Source: Eledone cirrhosa (taxonomy: Eukaryota). From it: a DNA stretch of 64,000 bases. Below, piece by piece: positions 60,001 through 64,000 of the stretch. Location: positions 127,906,001 through 127,970,000 of the forward strand of contig OZ024744.1 in the NCBI GenBank assembly GCA_964016885.1. Direction: 5' to 3'. The notes beneath the pieces were generated by a model, which ran no database searches, was not told the origin of the DNA, and worked only from the letters and a program-made list of their open reading frames with translations. The translations under genes were made by a program, and so were the position numbers. Within the stretch, counting starts at the first letter, position 1. Each line of letters begins with the position of its first letter.

Positions 60001-63000
60001 TTAAGTTGGGGTTAAGTTAAGTTGGGGTTAAGATAAGTTGGGGTTAAGTTAAGTTGGGGTTAAGTTAAGTTGGGGTTGAGTTAATTTGGGGTTAAGTTAA
60101 GTTGGGGTTAACTTAAGTTGGGGTTAAGTTGGGGTTAAGTTAAGTTGGGGGTAGGTTAAGTTGGGGGCAAGTTTAGTTGGGGTTAAGTTAAGTTGGGGTT
60201 ACGTTAAGTTGGGCGTAAGTTAAGTCGGGGTTAAGTTAAGTTGGGGTTAAGTTAAGTTGGGTTTAAGTTAAGTTGGGGCTAAGTTAAGTTGGGGCTAAGT
60301 TAAGTTGGGTCTGAGTTAAGTTGGGGTTAAGTTGCGGTTGAGTTAAGTTGGGGTTAAGTTAAGTTGGGATTAAGTTAAGTTGGGGTTAAGTTAAGTTCGG
60401 GTTGAGTTAAGTTGGGGTTAAGTTAAGTTGGGGTTAATTTAAGTTGGGGTTAAGTTAAGTTGGGGTTAAGATAAGTTGGGGTTAAGTTAAGTTGGGGTTA
60501 AGTTAAGTTGGGGTTGAGTTAATTTGGGGTTAAGTTAAGTTGGGGTTAACTTAAGTTGGGGTTAAGTTAAGTTGGGGTTAAGTTAAGTTGGGGGTAAGTT
60601 AAGTTGGGGGCAAGCTAAGTTGGGGTTCAGTTAAGTTGGGGTTAAGTTAATTTGGGGCTGAGTTAAGTTGGGGTTAAGTTAAGTTCGGGTTGAGTTAAGT
60701 TGGGGTTAAGTTAAGTTGGGGTTAAGTTAAGTTGGGGTTAAGTTAAGTTGGGGTTAAGATAAGTTGGGGTTAAGTTAAGTTGGGGTTAATTTAAGTTGGA
60801 GTTGAGTTAACTTGGGTTTAAGTTAAGTTGGGCTTAACTTAAGTTGGGGTTAAGTTAAGTTGGGGTTAAGTTAAGTTGGGGGTAAGTTAAGTTGGGGGCA
60901 AGTTAAGTTGGGGTTAATTTAAGTTGGGGTTAAGTTAAGTTGGGGTTAAGTTAAGTTGGGGGTAACTTAAGTTGGGGTTAAGTTAAGTTGAGGGTAAGTT
61001 AAGTTGAGGTTAAGTTAAGTTGGGGTTAAGTTAAGTTGGGGGTAAGTTAAGTTGGGGGTAAGTTAAGTTGGGGTTAAGTTAAGTTGGGGTTAAATTAAGT
61101 TGAGGTTAAGTTAATTTGGGGTTAAGTTAAGTTGGGGTTAAGTTAAGTTGGGGGTAAGATAAGTTGGGGCTAAGTTAAGTTGGGGCTAAGTCAAGTTGGG
61201 GTTAAGTCAAGTTGGGGTTAAGTCAAGTTGAGGTTAACTTAAGTTGGGGTTAAGTTAAGTTGGGGTTAAGTTAAGTTGGGGTTAAGGTAAGTTGGGGTTA
61301 AGTTAAGTTGGGGCTAAGTTAAGTTGGGGCTAAGTTAAGTTGGGGCTGAGTTAAGTTGGGGTTAAGTTGGGGTTGAGTTAAGTTGGGGTTAAGTTAAGTT
61401 GGGATTAAGTTAAGTTGGGGTTAAGTTAAGTTCGGGTTGAGTTAAGTTGGGGTTAAGTTAAGTTGGGGTTAATTTAAGTTGGGGTTAAGTTAAGTTGGGG
61501 TTAAGATAAGTTGGGGTTAAGTTAAGTTGGGGTTAAGTTAAGTTGGGGTTGAGTTAATTTGGGGTTAAGTTAAGTTGGGGTTAACTTAAGTTGGGGTTAA
61601 GTTAAGTTGGGGTTAAGTTAAGTTGGGGGTAAGTTAAGTCGGGGTTAAGTTAAGTTGGGGTTAAGTTAAGTTGGGGTTAAGTTAAGTTGGGGTTGAGTTA
61701 AGTTGGGGTTGAGTTAAGCTGGGGTTAATTTAAGTTGGGGTTAAGTTAAGTTGGGGTTAAGTTAAGTTGGGGTTAAGTTAAGTTGGGGGTAAGTTAAGTT
61801 GGGGGCAAGTTAAGTTGGGGTTAAGTTAAGTTGGGGTTAAGTTAAGTTGGGGTTAAGTTAAGTTAGGGTTAATTTCAGTTGGGGTTAAGTTAAGTTGGGG
61901 TTAAGTTAAGTTAGGGTTAATTTAAGTTGGGGTTATGTTAAGTTGGGGTTAAGTTAAGTTGGGGTTAAGTTAAGTTGGTGTTAAGTAAAGTTGGGGTTAA
62001 GTTAAGTTGGTGTTAAGTAAAGTTGGGCTTAAGTTAAGTTGGGTTTGAGTTAAGTTGGGGCTAAGTTAAGTTAGGGCTAAGTTAAGTTGGGGTTAAGTTA
62101 AGTTGGGGCTAGGTTAAGTTGGGTCTAAGTTAAGTTGGGGTTAAGTTAAGTTGGGGTTAAGTTCAGTTGGGGTTAAATTAAGTTGGGGTTAAGTTAAGTT
62201 GGCGTTAAGCTAAGTTGGGGTTAAGTTAATTTGCGGTTAAGTTAGGTTGTGGGTTAAGTTAAGTTGGGGGTAAGTTAAGTTGGGGGTAAGTTAAGTTGGG
62301 GTTAATTTAAGTTGGGGTTAAGTTAAGTTGGGGTTAAGTTAAGTTGGGGTTAAGTTAAGTTGGGGTTAAGTTAAGTTGGCGTTAATTTAACTTGGGGTAA
62401 AGTTAAGTTGGGGTTAAGTTAAGTTGGGGTTAAGTTAAGTTGGGGTTAAGTTAAGTTGGGGTTAAGTCAAGTTGGGGTTAAGTCAAGTTGGGGTTAAGTC
62501 AAGTTGGGGTTAAGTTAAGTTGGGGTTAAGTTAAGTTGGGGGTAAGTTAAGTTGGGTATAAGTTAAGTTGGGGTTAAGTTAAAATGTGGTTAAGTTCAGT
62601 TGGGGTTAAGTTAAGTTGGGGTTAAGTTAACTTGGGGGTAAGTTAAGTTGGGGGCAAGTTAAGTTGGGGTTAAGTTAAGTTGGGGTTAAGTTAAGTTGGG
62701 GTTAAGTTAAGTTGGGGTTAAGTTAAGTTGGGGTTAAGTTAAGTTAGGGTTAATTTCAGTTGGGGTTATGTTAAGTTGGGGTTAAGTTAAGTTGGGGTTA
62801 AGTTAAAGTTGGGGTTAAGTTAAGTTGGGGTAAAGTTAAGTTAGGGTTAAGTTGAGTTGGGGTTAAGTTAAGTTGGGGTTAAATTAAGTTGGGGTTAAGT
62901 TAAGTTGGGGTTAAGGTAAGTTGGGGTTAAATTAAGTTGGGGTTCAGTTAAGTTGGGGTTAAATTAAGTTGGGGTTAAGTTAAGTTGGGGTTAGTTAAGT

Positions 63001-63970
63001 TGGGGTTAAGTTAAGTTGGGGTTAAGTTAAGTTGGGGTTAAGTTAAGTTGGCGTTAAGTTAAGTTGGGGTTAAGTTAAGTTGGGGTTAAATTAAGTTGGG
63101 GTTAAGTTAAGTTGGGGTTAATTTAAGTTGGGGTTAAGTTAAGTTGGGGTTAAGTTAAGTTGGAGTTAAGTCAAGTTGGGGTTAAGTCAAGTTGCGGTTA
63201 AGTCAAGTTGGGGTTAAGTCAAGTTGGGGTTAAGTTAAGTTGGGGTTAACTTAAGTTGGGGTTGACTTAAGTTGGGGTTAATTTGGGGTTAAGTTAAGTT
63301 GGGGTTAAATTAAGTTGGGGGTTAGTTAAGTTGGGGCAAGTTAAGTTGGGGTTAATTTAAGTTGGGGTTAAGTTAAGTTGGGGTTATGTTAAGTTGGGGT
63401 TAAGTTACGTTGGGGTTAAGTTAAGTTGGGGGTAAGTTAAGTTGGGGTTAAGTTAAGTTGGGGGTAAGTTAAGTTGAGGGTAAGTTAAGTTGGGGTTAAG
63501 TTAAGTTGGGGTTAAATTAAGTTGAGGTTAAGTTAAGTTGGGGTTAAGTTAAGTTGGGGGTAAGATAAGTTGGGGGTAAGATAAGTTGGGGCTAAGTTAA
63601 GTTGGGGCTAAGTCAAGTTGGGGTTAATTCAAGTTGAGGTTAACTTAAGTTGGGGTTAAGTTAAGTTGGGGTTAATTTAAGTTGGGGTTAAGTTAAGTTG
63701 GGGTTAAGATAAGTTGGGGTTAAGTTAAGTTGGGGTTAAGTTAAGTTGGGGTTGAGTTAATTTGGGGTTAAGTTAAGTTGGGGTTAACTTAAGTTGGGGT
63801 TAAGTTGGGGTTAAGTTAAGTTGGGGGTAGGTTAAGTTGGGGGCAAGTTTAGTTGGGGTTAAGTTAAGTTGGGGTTACGTTAAGTTGGGCGTAAGTTAAG
63901 TCGGGGTTAAGTTAAGTTGGGGTTAAGTTAAGTTGGGTTTAAGTTAAGTTGGGGCTAAGTTAAGTTGGAG
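59560..63970 (+). repeat. 3,676-bp-offset duplication (~59560-60300 repeated at ~63240-63970)
   Basis: ttgactt 59588/63264, caagtttag 60171/63847 and ttacgttaagttgggcgt 60201/63877 all give offset 3676. Confidence 0.85.
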
Positions 63971-64000
63971 CTAAGTTAAGTTGGGGCTGAGTTAAGTTGG

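Larger units (their letters stand above)
1..64000 (+). repeat. 16-bp telomere-like satellite array (TTAAGTTAAGTTGGGG)n, ~4,000 monomers, G-rich strand on +, continuing past both window edges
   Basis: Period read directly: positions 1-16 aagttggggttaagtt, then aagttgggg restarts at 17. The same unit runs to 64000 with only substitutions and small indels. Consensus composition is T6 A4 G6 C0. No C-rich (inverted) segment seen. Confidence 0.99.

Noticed and set aside
1-64000. Protein-coding ORFs or a repeat protein on either strand
   Set aside because: TTAA supplies TAA on both strands twice per 16 bp and the period cycles through all frames, so every frame stops within a few codons. ATGs in ttatgtt variants are followed immediately by stops.
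1-64000. CRISPR array
   Set aside because: No unique spacers; the 16-bp units are directly contiguous and no cas genes are present.
1-64000. Variant pattern as an encoded message or templated diversification cassette (DGR- or retron-like)
   Set aside because: Point mutation plus duplication explains the pattern; no enzyme gene, template/variable pair or adenine-specific mutation bias is evident.
1-64000. Pure sequencing or basecalling artefact
   Set aside because: Rare variants recur in conserved order at exact kb offsets, which random error would not produce. Copy number of the near-identical blocks could still be mis-assembled.
1-64000. Assignment to a specific organism (ciliate, bee or other)
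   Set aside because: Motif resemblance alone is insufficient and there is no unique sequence to support taxonomy.

Overview
The whole 64 kb window is one uninterrupted, single-orientation tandem array of a 16-bp G-rich unit, consensus (TTAAG TTAAG TTGGGG)n, about 4,000 monomers (reverse complement CCCCAACTTAACTTAA). I found no genes, RNA genes, transposon insertions, inversions or unique sequence. Both strands are closed in all frames because each unit has two palindromic TTAA and the period is not a multiple of 3. The unit is telomere-like: the + strand is nearly C-free, it contains the ciliate-type TTGGGG hexamer, and TTAAG is one change from arthropod TTAGG. It is most simply a eukaryotic satellite or a telomeric/subtelomeric array. 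Rare variant monomers act as barcodes and reveal nested, overlapping tandem duplications with hand-measured offsets of 202, 273, 1078, 1584, 2839/3112, 3676, 3842-3986, 5456, 7021-7165, 7800-7848 and 13010-13026 bp. The array therefore grew by copying existing kb-scale DNA rather than by monomer-wise telomerase addition. Offsets come from marker positions read by eye; breakpoints are approximate. Organism and chromosomal position cannot be determined from this window.
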